Part shown: positions 12,602 through 43,624 of the stretch, one piece after another
Layout: every line of letters begins with the position of its first letter
Numbering within the stretch: position 1 is the stretch's first letter
DNA from: Chrysomallon squamiferum
Lineage: Eukaryota; Animalia; Mollusca
Reading direction: 5' to 3'
Length of the DNA: 64,000 bases
Assembly (NCBI GenBank): GCA_012295275.1
Contig: CM022669.1
Coordinates: 3,038,001-3,102,000, forward strand
Notes under the pieces: generated by a model
Told to the model about the DNA's origin: nothing
Database searches by the model: none
Seen by the model: only the letters and a program-made list of their open reading frames with translations
Position numbers and translations under genes: made by a program

Positions 12602-12971
12602 TATTTTATTTTTTTATTTTATTTTATTTTATTTTATTTTATTTTATTTTATTTTATTTTAATCATTTTATTTCAATTTTGCTTTGTCTTTATGATTAAA
12701 TTCATTTTCTCTATTTCATCTAGCACATTTAGTTTCCTATTCTCATCGTTTTTTTTTCTTCTTTTGTTTCCTTCCGTGGACTGACCTGTCGCAATGCTTA
12801 AAAAGCCAACATGCGTACTCTGTTTACAATTATCGTCAAATTCTACGGTAATTTTAGGTGGCTTCCCTTATACAGGGTCCAATTCTTTAATAATTTTTTT
12901 AAGTTAAAATATTTAGTCATTTCGACATTATTTGTCTCTTTATTTGAAATAACCTTTTGCATTTATTTATT

Positions 12972-13055
<84 letters not shown>

Positions 13056-14024
13056 TAATTAATTTTTTTTTTTTTTAAAATTACATCTATGTAAAAGTGG
13101 TATTTTAAACTATGTTAAATGTAGATGGTGGAGAAATGATTGATGTATAATAATGATAATATTTATGTCGTGGATGTTTTCATCATAACATTAAACATTT
13201 CCTTCGATGAACTTACAAAGAAAAACAACAAATTTCGTCTCTGTCTTAGAATAAATAAACGAAACAAGGATTGAATATTTATTTAAATTTCAGTACATAT
13301 TAAAATTATTGATTATTATACGTTATTCAAATATTTCTTTTCTAACGATAGTATTATATATACAAACCGTTCCAGTTCGATCCGTTTTTATCCCAGTTCA
13401 GTTTTTGTATGCTGCGCCTATATAAATATTATATATGTGTATCTGTCTGTGTGTCCGTCAGACCTTTGATTAATTAGTTGACTGATTATTTCAGTAATAT
13501 CAAATGTCTGACATACGATGACAGCAAATTAATAAAAAGTTCGCTAACCAATTGTACTCTACGGTCATCAAACCATTTTTATAAGTGTGTGTGTGTTTTT
13601 AGAAAATCTTTTACATGCAAAAATAAAATGGATATTTCAAACTTGATTTAAATCATATCTGTGAAAAAGGCTGCCAAGGGGTGTAATAACATTCACGTGT
13701 TTTGTTTAGCATGTCGCTATTTAAAGCAGTCGCTATTTTAAAAACATGTTATCATTTTTTTGTCTCTTGTAAACGAGAATGAAGACAGAGGCAGTAGGAT
13801 GATATATAAAATTTATTTGTATTTACATTCTGCGTGGGTAGCGCAGCCGAGATCAGCGTTGTGTCCTATACAACCAATGTACAAACAAAATATACACAGT
13901 GCTATGTACAGTGTGTGTAATAAATACAGACAAACATCAACTATGTACAGGGCTTCCCTCCTTCGAATATAGTAAACTAATTTAAATAAAAACTCATTTA
14001 CAGTTCATCGTTTGAATTAATCTA

Positions 14025-14087
<63 letters not shown>

Positions 14088-15514
14088 GATAATTATAACT
14101 ACTACTGATTATAACAATAATAGTAAAAACAATAAAATTAAAAACATCATGATGGATTTAGTTCATATTTCGTATGTATTAAATTATTCCTATATAAAAC
14201 ATATTAATATTTCGAATGTGTAAATTAATTTTATTAACCTGCTTCTTACACTGAATATAATAACTTTTGGAATAAATTCACATTAGATTAATTAAAATAG
14301 AACATTCATGAAACAGAAACTCGAGAAGTTAAAATAACATATAATAAATATAATACATGAACTGTTTTGGTTTGGATAAAAATAAAATAAACGGTTTAAT
14401 TGTGAAAAGATTAAGGCAAAACTCGTATGTAAACTAAATTAAAAATCCGAACATATCCGAGGGAAAGTAGGTAAACGACAATTTAATATTTTAAAAGAAT
14501 ATCATTTTAAAATTGTTAAACACATAGAGAAATTGTTATTTTAAACTAGTATTTAGAAATGTATTGACTTTCATTTGAAAAATAGACGTATGAGATATTA
14601 ATGATTTTAATATCACATTACCGATTATAGAACATTTATCAATACTTTCTAAAATTGTCTGGTTTTTTTTTTTTGTTTGTTTATAATTGCTTTCCCTGTA
14701 GTTTTTTAATTCAATAACTGTTTAGCTTTTCACCAGATAATTATTACTCCTGTTACAGTATGCTTGGTATCCCATGGCAACCTATGTAGCGAAATAGGAG
14801 AATCAATTCGAAATACTTTTACCATTACCTGGTGATTAGTTCTGCGTTTTGATTTGATGTTATTACACTTGCATTAAAATAATATAGATTATAAGAAACA
14901 AGAATATTAATCTTAGAATTTTTTTTTTTTTTTTTAATCTATTTTCTTTTACCTAATCACACATCTGTCATTAACTAATTATTTCAAAATAGAAACGTAT
15001 GTCTAACGTTATTTTCAGGAAACTATTAGATCCTATTTCAGTCGAAAATTCGAGACACCGGGATTGGAGATATTGTTGTCCAGTATTACGAAACCAAAAT
15101 CTGAAATAATAATCTATATAGTTTACGAAATGCAGCCATGCTTTTGAGCATGTATATGACAATACTTAAAGAAAAGTTAATTTTCAGTACATTTTAGTGT
15201 TTGTGTTTCAGAGATAACTAGACTGACAACGTATCCTGTATTTCATTTTTTTAAGTGACAAATTGTTCTCTGTTTTTTACTAATTTTTGCCTTCCGTCGT
15301 TATACCATTTGTTATCATATTTAACGTTTATTATCCCTCAGATGTAGATATCTTTTAATATTTAAAAAGTTACAAACGCTATTGCAGACTGATTAAAACT
15401 TATTTCTGAACGAAAGATATTAGTTTTCAACTTATTGTTCTTCATTTTCATTGTATTTAACGAATGGATGTTTTTTTTTGCTTGACTGTTACTTTAATAT
15501 TAACCGTTATACAC

Positions 15515-15617
<103 letters not shown>

Positions 15618-15977
15618 CAGACAAAAAAATCAAAGCACATACATTAAATAAATAATCACATGCAGACATTAAAGGTTTCCACAGTTAAAATGTGATACAA
15701 TAATATAATAAACAGTTACCTAGCAACGGTATGATAAATAGTTCATAGCATAATAATCCAATTTATGTTAGATATATAAATATATCCGTCATACAAGAAT
15801 ATATCAAAATTGTTTTCTGTGTTTGAAGCGTATATCTCTATTTTTGTTATGCATGTGCATGTGTGTAATATATTCGTTACTTTGTTTACGGGTTTCACAG
15901 TTATTAAACAAAATCAGAACTCTAAAAGATAGCGTCGTCGTTGTTGTATTTTATCTTCGCCGTCTGTGTTCATCCCG

Positions 15978-17581
15978 TTACCTGAGTAGTCCGCTGTAGG
16001 AACTGAAAAATAAAGTAATCAGATGTTATATAACTGTTCTTTGTTAACAGATAATAAATTTCAGGCTTGTTTTAATACTCACACCTGTTTATTGTTCACC
16101 AGTCACCTGTTAACGATTGTTCGATCTTCACAACAAAAGAAACTAACTCAATTTACGCTTTACATTTATAGAAACTCAAAACACAGACATCGTACGATTA
16201 TGCAAAAATCTGAAGTTACCAAGATATTGCCTGTTTTTGTTTACAAAATGTGATCAAGAATGTACCATATTTCGTAGAATCGTCTCTAAAAATAATTATT
16301 AGTGTCAGTTTTACTTAAAGGTCATATATAGAAATGGACTTAATCCAATACTTAAATTGTATTCTGAGTATTTGAAATCGTTCAATAACTACATAACATT
16401 TTATTTGAAATTCATCGATGTTTTTCGTATCTCATTATTCTAAAACAGATTTTTAATAATATTTTAATAGCTTTGTTGTGTGTTTTAGAAAATCTTGGTA
16501 TAACCTGATATATCTGCATGTATGGGGTATTGTCTTTATCGCATTAGAGTGAAATGTCACATTAATAACAGTGTTTCAAACAGCTGAATAATGTAATTGG
16601 TTCTCAATTCAAACTGACACAACACACAATGATGTGTCAGTTATAAACCCAATAGCATGTAATATAATGTTTTTACGTTTTATGTTCCTATAGCATTTAA
16701 ATATTTATCAAGACTTTATATTATGTGTAGACTGAATATTTATTTGGTATATTACATTACTGTAACTTTTCAGTATTTGTTGTCACAGAATGTAAATTTA
16801 GAAACTAGAAGAACTGTATAAGTTTACTGAATCAAAGCTGGACAGGTTTGTCATTGCACTTTGTAAAACAATTTACACTTAAATATTTAAGAAAGCCGTA
16901 TGAAAATACGCAGTGAGTAAATACTGGGTTGACTAAGCTTGACACTTTAATGTCAGTGATCATTATTTAAAATAAGATAAATAATATCTGGGATATTCAA
17001 TATAGAGCAGCACCAGTTTAATATTTTGATGTCAATAATAGTTATTTAAAATCAGATGAATAAAAGCGGATAGACATTAAATGACAGCACAAACTTGATA
17101 CTTGATGTCAACAACACCGGTTTAAAAACAGATAAATAATATAAGATAATCAATATATGACATGATAAGCTTGATATTTTGATATCAATTATCGATACTT
17201 AGAATCAGACAAACAGAATCGGATGTTAGTATACGACAGCACAAACTTGACGTTTGAAAAACACTTACAAAAGATGAGAGAATAATGAAAGGAAAACAAA
17301 TTAAATATTAAAATAAAACAAACAGAAAGAGGCGGTGGTCAATACATAATTTGGAAAGCTGAAAATTAAGATTTGTAATTAAAGTAATCTTTTCGATGTT
17401 GTTGTAAAACTGTGTCTGTCTCAATCGCCTAGTTTCTGTAAATGACTTAAACTGGTAATCTGTAAAATATCAAATGGCAACAATAAAATATAATTTTCTG
17501 TCTGTGAAAATGATGAAGCAAATAAAAAAGTATAAAAAGTATGTCATATATATCAGATTTAGAATTTTTTCACACACACAC

Positions 17582-17644
<63 letters not shown>

Positions 17645-17727
17645 AGTAAATAGAAAGCGAAATTCGAACCCTGAAAGTTTACTTAAATTATTTTTTCAAT
17701 AACTGAAAATATCTTTACGTCATCGTC

Positions 17728-17762
<35 letters not shown>

Positions 17763-19065
17763 TTTTTAATTATTCATACTGAGTGTGCTGGTTCAGCCAG
17801 TTATAAATGTTAATTTTCTGTTTTTTTAATCATGAACATCTGTCTTCGTTTAACGTTATGATAAATATGAAAACATGTGGCTGGTAGCAAAATATTTCGA
17901 AATAAAGGGAAATATGTGTGTTCTGGGCCATTTGATATGCTTTTATTATTATTATTTTCTTCGTCAAATTGGATATTATTATACTAAGGAAAAAAAAAAA
18001 AAAAAAAAACTGTCTGAAACCGTCGAAAATTCCCTGACGTCATTTACTTACCAACCCCACCATTTGTAACCGCAGGGATGACAGATGTTTTGTGGAAAGT
18101 CACATTTCCCTTCCCGAGCGTTGAAGAAAAATCCTCCGTCGCTTCTTGTACACTGCTTAAATCCTTGGAAAGTACCGTTCGTGCACTCGTAGTAAAAGCT
18201 GCAACCTTTAACCAGAGCCGGGTACTTTCCGTCTTTCTTGCCCTTGCAGTTAGTCGCATGTCCGCAAGGTTCAGAAACACGGTCAGTTAGGTCGCATTTC
18301 CCGCTAGCACTGCTGAAGATTTTGTTTGCAGGACACTGGCCTTTCCTAATGATGAAACCCCGACTACATTCAGTGTAACTTTGACATCCACTGTCAACAT
18401 CTGCGAATACCCCCGTGTTTTTGTTTTCACACGGGTTGGGGAGGAGTCCACATGGTTTTGGAACGAGTTCGCTGGGGATGACGCATTCCTGGTGTATAGG
18501 ATCAAACGAGCCGAAGTCGCATGTCCTGTACTTCAAGAATCTCTTTCTGCGGCATTCGAAGTAATACGTACATCGACCGTACAGATCTGCATAAAATCCA
18601 TCCTCTCGTTTCTCGCAGCTGGGTGGTTTTCCCGTTCCACACGGAGGAGCTGCGATGTCAATGGGCTGACATCTTAGCGTTAAAGGATCGAATACCATAC
18701 CTGCTGGACACTCGTCATAGCTGAGAAAGACGCTGTCACGACACTCGAAGAAAATCCCACATCTGCCTTGTTCGTCTGGATAGTACCCGTCCTCTCTGAT
18801 AGAACAGTCCGGCCTCAGTCCGCCACGTTCTTTCGGTACCTCCAGCAGAGACACGCAGTCATTTTTCTTTCAGGGGAGAATATCGGGGTGGGTTCCTGGC
18901 AGTCGTCCTGGGCTATGTTTCTCTGGTCGAAGCAAGTGACGAACGTCGGAGTCCACCTTGTTACGTGGAAAGGATAGATTCCGTTAGGTCGACCTCTGCA
19001 GCTGCCGAATCTTCTGTTGCACGGAATACAGTTAGCACGCATGCACTGGTTCATCGTGTACTCAC
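15978..19065 (-). pseudogene. Duplicate 3' part of the chitin-binding gene (exons 18052-19065 and 15978-16002) with a +2 frameshift at ~18861-18866
   Basis: Exon is 1014 nt versus 1012 nt in copy 2 (cagtcATTTTTctttc vs cagtcGTTTctttc), which splits the ORF into 79-aa and 268-aa pieces; may be a null allele or a consensus error. Confidence 0.65.
16930..17255. repeat. Degenerate ~75-bp tandem repeat in intron (also ~27790-28115)
   Basis: Recurring ttgata..ttgatgtcaa...tttaaaatcagat...gacagcacaaac motifs. Confidence 0.6.
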
Positions 19066-19659
19066 CTGCAACATTTAGACAAAGTTAATTATTAGAATAA
19101 ACAAATATTTTAGCAGATTAAATTTAGAAAATCCGCATTACCCGACCTATGTAGACCTGTGCTTTTCCAAAAATTATATAATTAATAACTATATGTGTCA
19201 TGTTATATACTGTATACGGTTTTGCTGAATCCACACTTCCGTGTGTCGAAGAGTTTCTAAACGATAACAGATGAAAAAGAATATTTATTTAAATATATAA
19301 ATGTTATTATTCACGTAATGCTTGGCTATAACCATTAACTGCTGAGTCGAATATGAAGACAGTGTCATATGTCCAATGGTAATCATGAGTCGCAAATTCT
19401 TAAATAGGTCAACTTTGGCCCTCGTTCCTTCAAAGGGATGAAGTTGCAGAATGCAGTTTATGTCTTACACAATTCCATTGTTAGTAAATAGGTAACAGAA
19501 GCTGATATACGTTTTATGAATATAAAGAAGACTTGAAATTTAATAATAAAAGTTATTGCCACTTATAATTACGTATATTTGGTTTAATGTTTTTTTATAC
19601 TTTAATAAGATGTAGGTTGAATATGCATATGTTTGTTTATTGTTTAACTTTAATCTATA

Positions 19660-20527
<868 letters not shown>

Positions 20528-20727
20528 NNNNNNNNNNNNNNNNNNNNNNNNNNNNNNNNNNNNNNNNNNNNNNNNNNNNNNNNNNNNNNNNNNNNNNNNN
20601 NNNNNNNNNNNNNNNNNNNNNNNNNNNNNNNNNNNNNNNNNNNNNNNNNNNNNNNNNNNNNNNNNNNNNNNNNNNNNNNNNNNNNNNNNNNNNNNNNNNN
20701 NNNNNNNNNNNNNNNNNNNNNNNNNNN
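20528..20727. other. Assembly gap (200 N)
   Basis: Run of exactly 200 N, typical of a fixed-size scaffolding gap. Confidence 0.99.
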
Positions 20728-20728
20728 A

Positions 20729-20760
<32 letters not shown>

Positions 20761-21020
20761 AACAAAATTAAAGAAAAAATGAAATGAAAGCCTTGTAATA
20801 ACACACAATGTGCATAATAATGACTTTAAATTATTTCTTAGTTGTTTTCTTTTTCATTTAATGCATTTTATACCAGAATTCTAGAAATACGTGTGCATAC
20901 AAATACTACAGTTTTAGATCAGCGATCGAACTATTGTATTGGTGATGCTATGTGCATCTCGACAGCTGGAATAAAAGAACAGACAGTTGTAAAAATAAGA
21001 CAAAACAGAAAAGGGCCTAC

Positions 21021-21116
21021 CGGGAACATAGTAAACGTCACTGGATAGCGATGATTTAATAGAAAATTCCTCGTACGGAATTCTTCCTTCAAGCATTTTT
21101 TGAAGCTCTGTCCCAT
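21021..21116 (-). CDS. rost: Duplicate of rolling stone-like exon 1 (orphan; exons 2-4 are not duplicated)
   Basis: Identical translation except NYRY->NHRY; donor intact; lies ~300 bp from the gap. Confidence 0.6.
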
Positions 21117-23078
21117 GGTTGCTTCTGCCTGTGCATTAAAATGAATGAAGTAGTAAACAAAGAAGTAAGTAAACAAGTGTACGTCACAACTCAGTCTAGG
21201 TAACTGCCATTAAATCTGAATCTGATTAAATCACAAGATAACCTTGCTTGAACATTTTCTAATGGATGCTTGACAAAAATAACTAACAAGTATATATATA
21301 GAAAATTCAGAGTGTTGGAAATGGGTACTACTGAATTAGAAACTGTTATGGAAAGCCTCTTTTGGTAAGAAACGGGATTTTCTAATTTAAAATAAAATAA
21401 AATAAAATAAAATACAACACTTTCAAAAGGGACACGCTACACCTTTACAGTAGCATAGACCAACAGGAACGATAACTCGTAACAGCCCCAATTACGTCAC
21501 CGTTTAAAATGCCTCCAGAATTTAATGGGTGCAAACTACACCTGAATGTTCTTTTCTCTTGGGGAATATTGCCAATTAGTCTTATACCAAATTATAATTT
21601 TAGTTTATTATGCACGCAGTTTGATTAAGTTGAAAAAGTAGTTACGAAAGGCGCGTGACATCATGGTTTGGTGATATGAATAACCATCCTTTATCTTTAT
21701 CAGTAAATCATAAAAAGTTCAGAACCTCCCCCAGTAAAATAACTGAATTTGGAAGTTTAAAAACTTCCGTGAGCTCTCGATGGCAGTGTCGAACAACGAT
21801 CAGTGCTTACAAACTTTTAAATCATATACCTTCACAACGCAATTCTACATGGATTATTAAAACTAATTTGGGGAAATATGTCATTCAGTAAATGCCTTGA
21901 CACATAGATGTTAATCTGGAGTAGAAATTGCTGCAAAGGTCGAAACCTTTTTTTTCTTGTACCCATTTCATACTATATATTCTTTTCAGTTATTTTTACG
22001 ACATCGCCAGGCAAAAAAAAAAAAAATTATAAAATAATAATAAAATAAAATAAAATAAAATAAATCATTTTCACAGACACTGGCGCGTGAATATGAAGAG
22101 GACTATTCGCATTAGGTACCATGATGTGGACACGTTTCTCTGCTAAAACTCTATAGCAGACTGTTCTGAGTACGTAGCTGTAAAAATGATACTTGAAACC
22201 ATCATAATTCTTTTTTTTTTTTTTTTTTTTAATAATATATATTTCCATTTTCAATGCATTAGAGGTCCTGTTTACATGTAAAAAGCAAACTGATCAGGTT
22301 TGAATGATTGCTTTGAAACATTCATTATAACGCTTGATACCAGTTTTAAAACAAACTAAAAAAAAAATTAGTTAGAAATTAAATTTTCACTCTTTTTCGT
22401 TACAAGAAAAAGCATTCAACTTCTAAAATATGTACTATTGTGAATGCAAACAATGAGTTTCGTATTTTTATTTTGAAAACATCACTGGTCCATGCTATTT
22501 ACAGTCCCTGCTATTTACAGCCCATGGTATTTACAGTCCATGGTATTTACAGTCCATGGTATTTACAGTCCATGCCCGCCACGCTATCCTCACCTCATAG
22601 TACCACTAGTTCCTGAAACCAGTTTCAGTCACTGAAAATTTAGAGTCGAGAACTAAACTGCGAATAAATCTGTCAACAAGACTGAAAGAGCCGTCTTTAG
22701 TCATCGATTGTTTATACTCTTTACAAATATAAAAACACATCAGTAATACCTTCTTATGCCTCTAGGACTTCTTTTTTATGTATTACATTTAATCGCTAAA
22801 GAGTAAATTAAGGATACTTACACTGTGTAATTATACGTTATTACATCCGTTAAAAACAAGAAGTAAACACAAATCGCAGATAATGAGTCCGAACAAGACG
22901 GCAGTGGTTTCCGCAACAAAACATTCACGTGATGTCTTAGCTATTGTGAGTTATTTATAAAATTACTGTCACACGACTCGAACGCTTTGTTCTGCCCGTG
23001 TCAACTGATTTCCAGCTGTGAAAGACGGCGCATGTAGTAGTTGATTTCAAATTCGTCAGTAGCTAAGCTTCATAAATT

Positions 23079-23118
<40 letters not shown>

Positions 23119-24882
23119 ACACACACACACACACACACCACAGACATTCATAAAGGCGTGAGTGGCTCACAAATCACGTGCAACAACTGCACCATGAATT
23201 CGCCGGCAAGATAAGAAAAATGCCAAGTAAATATACCTGATATCGATTTGCTAATTTTTAAAGAATGTTGTTTTTTAAATATCAAATAATCAGGTCAGTG
23301 ACATTGCGACTCTCCAGAACGCCAGGTACGTAACATATTTTACACGTTTTATCATCCGTATTTACTACCTGTCGTTAATGTTGAGTTGTAGAATATAATA
23401 TGAAGATATGGCGGTGTGTATTATTTTTGCCCAAACTTGGAATCATATGTTTTCTTTTCTTTTCTTTTCTTCTTCTTCTTTTCTCTTACATTTTTTTTTT
23501 AATTATTTTTATTTTATTTATTTTATTTTAATTATTTTATTTTATTTTATTTTATTTTAATCATTTTATTTCAATTTTGCTTTGTCTTTATGATTAAATT
23601 CATTTTCTCTATTTCATCTAGCACATTTAGTTTCCTATTCTCCTCGTTGTTGTTTTTTTTCTTCTTTTGTTTCCTTCCGTGGACTGACCTGTCGCAATGC
23701 TTAAAAAGCCAACATGCGTACTCTGTTTACAATTGTCGTCAAATTCTACGGTGTTTTTAATTGTCGTCAAATTCTACGGTAATTTTTTTTTTTAAGTGGC
23801 TTCTTTATACATTTCCACATTTTTGTCTCTTTATTTGAAATAACCTTTTTTATTTATTTAGTTATTTCGACATTATTTTATCTCTTTATTTGAAATTAAC
23901 CTTTTGAATTTATTTATTTATTTATTTTTTTAAATCACATCTATGTAAAAGTGGTATTTTAAACTATGGAGAAATGATTGATGTATAATAATGATAATAT
24001 TTATGTCGTGGATGTTTTCATCATAACATTAAACATTTCCTTCGATGAACTTACAAAGAAAAACAACAAATTCCGTCTCTGTCTTAGAATAAATAAACGA
24101 AACAAAGATTGAATATTTATTTAAATTTCAGTACATATTAAAATTATTGATTATTACACGTTATTCAAATATTTCTTTTCTAACGATAGTATTATATATA
24201 CAAACCGTACCAGCTCGATCCGTTTTTATCCCAGTTCAGTTTTTGTATGCTGCGCCTATATAAATATTATATATGTGTATCTGTCTGTGTGTCCGTCAGA
24301 CCTCTGATTAATTAGTTGACTGATTATTTCAGTAATATCAAATGTCTGACATACGATGACAGCAAATTAATAAAAAGTTCGCTAACCATTTGTACTCTAC
24401 GGTCATCAAACCATTTTTATAAATGTGTGTGTGTTTTTAGAAAATCTTTTACATGCAAAAATAAAATGGATATTTCAAACTTGATTTAAATCATATCTGT
24501 GAAAAAGGCTGCCAAGGGGTGTAATAACATTCACGTGTTTTGTTTAGCATGTCGCTATTTAACGCAGTCCCAAACATCCTAAAAATGTTATCATTTTTTT
24601 TTGTCTCTTGTAAACGAGAATGAAGACAGAGGCAGTAGGATGATATATAAAATTTATTTGTATTTACATTCTGCGTGGGTAGCGCAGCCGAGATCAGCGT
24701 TGTGTCCTATACAACCAATGTACAAACAAAATATACACAGTGCTATGTACAGTGTGTGTAATAAATACAGACAAACATCAACTATGTACAGGGCTTCCCT
24801 CCTTCGAATATAGTAAACTAATTTAAATAAAAACTCATACAGTTCATCGTTTGAATTAATCTAATTAATAATAATAATAGTA

Positions 24883-24934
<52 letters not shown>

Positions 24935-26366
24935 TAACGATAATTATAACAACTACTGATTATAACAATAATAGTAAAAACAATAAAATTAAAAACATCA
25001 TGATGGATTTAGTTCATATTTCGTATGTATTAAATTATTCCTATATAAAACGTATTAATATTTCGAATGTGTAAATTAATTTTATTAACCTGCTTCTTAC
25101 ACCGAATATAATAACTTTTGGAATAAATTCACATTAGATTAATTAAAATAGAACATTCATGAAACAGAAACTCGAGAAGTTAAAATAACATATAATAAAT
25201 ATAATACATGAACTGTTTTGGTTTGGATAAAAATAAAATAAACGGTTTAATTGTGAAAAGATTAAGGCAAAACTCGTATGTAAACTAAATTAAAAATCCG
25301 AACATATCCGAGGGACAGTAGGTACACGACAATTTAATATTTTAAAAGAATATCATTTTAAAATTGTTAAACATATAGAGAAATTGTTATTTTAAACTAG
25401 TACTTAGAAATGTATTGACTTTCATTTGAAAAATAGACGTATGAGATATTAATGATTTTAATATCACATTACCGATGATAGAACATTTATCAATACTTTC
25501 TAAAATTGTCTGGGATTTTTTTGCTTGTTTATAACTGCTTTCCCTGTAGTTTTTTAATTCAATAACTGTTTAGCTTTTCACCAGATAATTATTACTCCTG
25601 TTACAGTATGCTTGGTATCCCATGGCAACCTATGTATCGAAATAGGAGAATCAATTCGAAATACTTTTACCATTACCTGGTGATTAGTTCTGCGTTTTGA
25701 TTTGATGTTATTACACTTGCATTAAAATAATATAGATTATAAGAAACAAGAATATTAATCTTAGAAAAAAATATTGTTTTTCTTTTTTAATCTATTTTCT
25801 TTTACCTAATCACACGTCTGTCATTAACTAATTATTTCAAAATAGAAACGTATGTCTAACGTTATTTCCAGGAAACTATTAGATCCTATTTCAGTCGAAA
25901 ATTCGAGACACCGGGATTGGAGATATTGTTGTCCAGTATTACGAAACCAAAATCTGAAATAATAATCTATATAGTTTACGAAATGCAGCCATGCTTTTGA
26001 GCATGTATATGACAATACTTAAAGAAAAGTTAATTTTCAGTACATTTTAGTGTTTGTGTTTCAGAGATAACTAGACTGACAACGTATCCTGTATTTCATT
26101 TTTTTAAGTGACAAATTGTTCTCTGTTTTTTACTAATTTTTGCCTTCCGTCGTTATACCATTTGTTATCATATTTAACGTTTATTATCCCTCAGATTTAG
26201 ATATCTTTTAATATTTAAAAAGTTACAAACGCTATTGCAGACAGATTAAAAGTTACTTCTGAGCGAAAGATATTAGTTTTCAACTTATTGTTCTTCATTT
26301 TCATTGTATTTAACAAATGGATATTTTTTTTGCTTGACTGTTACTTTAATATTAACCGTTATACAC

Positions 26367-26467
<101 letters not shown>

Positions 26468-26831
26468 CAGACCCCAAAAAAATCAAAGCACATACATTAA
26501 ATAAATAATCACATGCAGACATTAAAGGTTTCCACAGTTAAAATGTGATACAATAATATAATAAACAGTTACCTAGCAACGGTATGATAAATAGTTCATA
26601 GCATTATAATCCAATTTATGTTAGATATATAAATATATCCGTCATACAAGAATATATCAAAAAAAAATTTCTGTGTTTGAAGCGTATATCTCTATTTTTG
26701 TTATGCATGTGCATGTGTGTAATATATTCGTTACTTTGTTTACGGGTTTCACAGTTATTAAACAAAATCAGAACTCTAAAAGATAGCGTCGTCGTTGTTG
26801 TATTTTATCTTCGCCGTCTGTGTTCATCCCG

Positions 26832-41678
<14,847 letters not shown>

Positions 41679-43235
41679 CTGAAAAAATAAACCAAGGGAG
41701 TGATTATGACTGATGATAAATAATGAACAATACAGTGTTAATCAAACTGATGAAGTTTAATGGTCATTAAGAAAAATGGTGTTTTTTGGAATAATGGTAA
41801 TTATGTGATAAAGGAAGTTTTAAGATTCATTCCACGCAGTATTATAATGTTCGTAGAACACATTCTTTTTTTTCTTTCTTTTTTTTTTTTTTTTATATTT
41901 TTGGTCTTTTCAAAAATCAAAGTTAAATGATTTCAAGTGATCTTTAACATAAATATTCTTTGTCAGTCTTTGTTATTCTTGGCTTTATTGTAGATTTTTT
42001 TGTACCGTTTTCATCACATGATTAAAATAATCTAATAAGTTTAAACTGCACAACATTCCCTGCGTTTATTAGTTAATCAAATACCCGTAATGCTTAACGA
42101 GGATAATAAAAGTTTAACCATTTGTATATGTATTTATATTTATATGCATAACTTGTTTAACATACAACATCAAAATGGCTAATATAATTCTGTTTTCCCA
42201 AAATAAATCCATTATCAAAAAATGAAGTATTAATTGAAAAATTATGAATGAAATATGACAGTAATATCTGCTTATTCTCTGCTGGAGAAGATTCTAGCTA
42301 ACAGAAAATAAATCTGATAGCTCAACCCTTGATACCTCGCCTTTTTGTCTATTTCCAAATACAAACCTCTAATCTGAACTTTATTAAAGGACGTTGTAAT
42401 ATATATTTTCCTGTATGTGGTAAGGTGCATATAAAAAACACTTCGCCGCTAACCGATGTCTGTGACTTTTTGAATTTCTGCTCTTAATTTGCCAAACTAG
42501 TACGACCAGTGCAAAAACATAGTTTTGACACTAGAAAACTTTTTACAAACTATGAATGAAAACATTAGTATGAAAGTAGATTTACTCTGCTAAGATTTGA
42601 AATAATCGAGTTAATTTAGTGCGCTAAATCCATGAGTTACCTCATAAACATTTAAGTAGACGCTTTGATTTATTTCTTCACATTAGAGAATTTGGAAAAG
42701 GAATTTAAAATATCTGATAGACTCTTGTTAACATTTATTTGTACAGTAGATAAACTACAGGAACGTTTCTGGAAAGGAAATTTCAGAAAGCTGCCAAATT
42801 CAAGTTAAGCAATGGCTTTGTTTCTTACATTCATTCAGACTAAAGTCTGTGTTAAATCTTTGGTTATTTCTTACTACAACGTGAAATTGCAAACACATTT
42901 TATCACGTGACAGAGACAGTGAAGCAGACGTATACCAAACCAGACTTAAACTGTGTGGAGGATTAACTATTCTTTTTATAGGGTAGAATAAAAACAATTT
43001 AAAGAATTAGGTGTTAAAGGATTATGTTTCCAAGGTACAGGATAATCTACAGGAATTAACATCACATGTATATGTCTACAAATATAAGACAAACATACAG
43101 ATAAATAGGGAGAAAAATATGATAGCCAGAGAGACCGATAGAAGGACTGAGAGAGAAAAAAAAAAATAAATAAATAAATAAATAAATAAATAAGAAAAAT
43201 GAAATAAAATGGTGAATGAGACCTTCCAGAAAATA

Positions 43236-43467
<232 letters not shown>

Positions 43468-43523
43468 CTGTACATATTTCAAAAAGTGCTAGTTCTTAAC
43501 ATTTGTTTGACTAATCATTTCTA

Positions 43524-43587
<64 letters not shown>

Positions 43588-43624
43588 TATTATTATTATT
43601 ATTATAATACCTGGAATAAGAATG

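Noticed and set aside
18048-18854. 268-aa ORF as a standalone single-exon gene
   Set aside because: It is the post-frameshift part of the internal exon 18052-19065; the start is not ATG and the apparent stop lies in the donor GTAAGT
18044-18977. Overlapping plus-strand and alternate-frame ORFs over the chitin-binding exon (and 28888-29920)
   Set aside because: Shadow ORFs of a GC-richer coding exon
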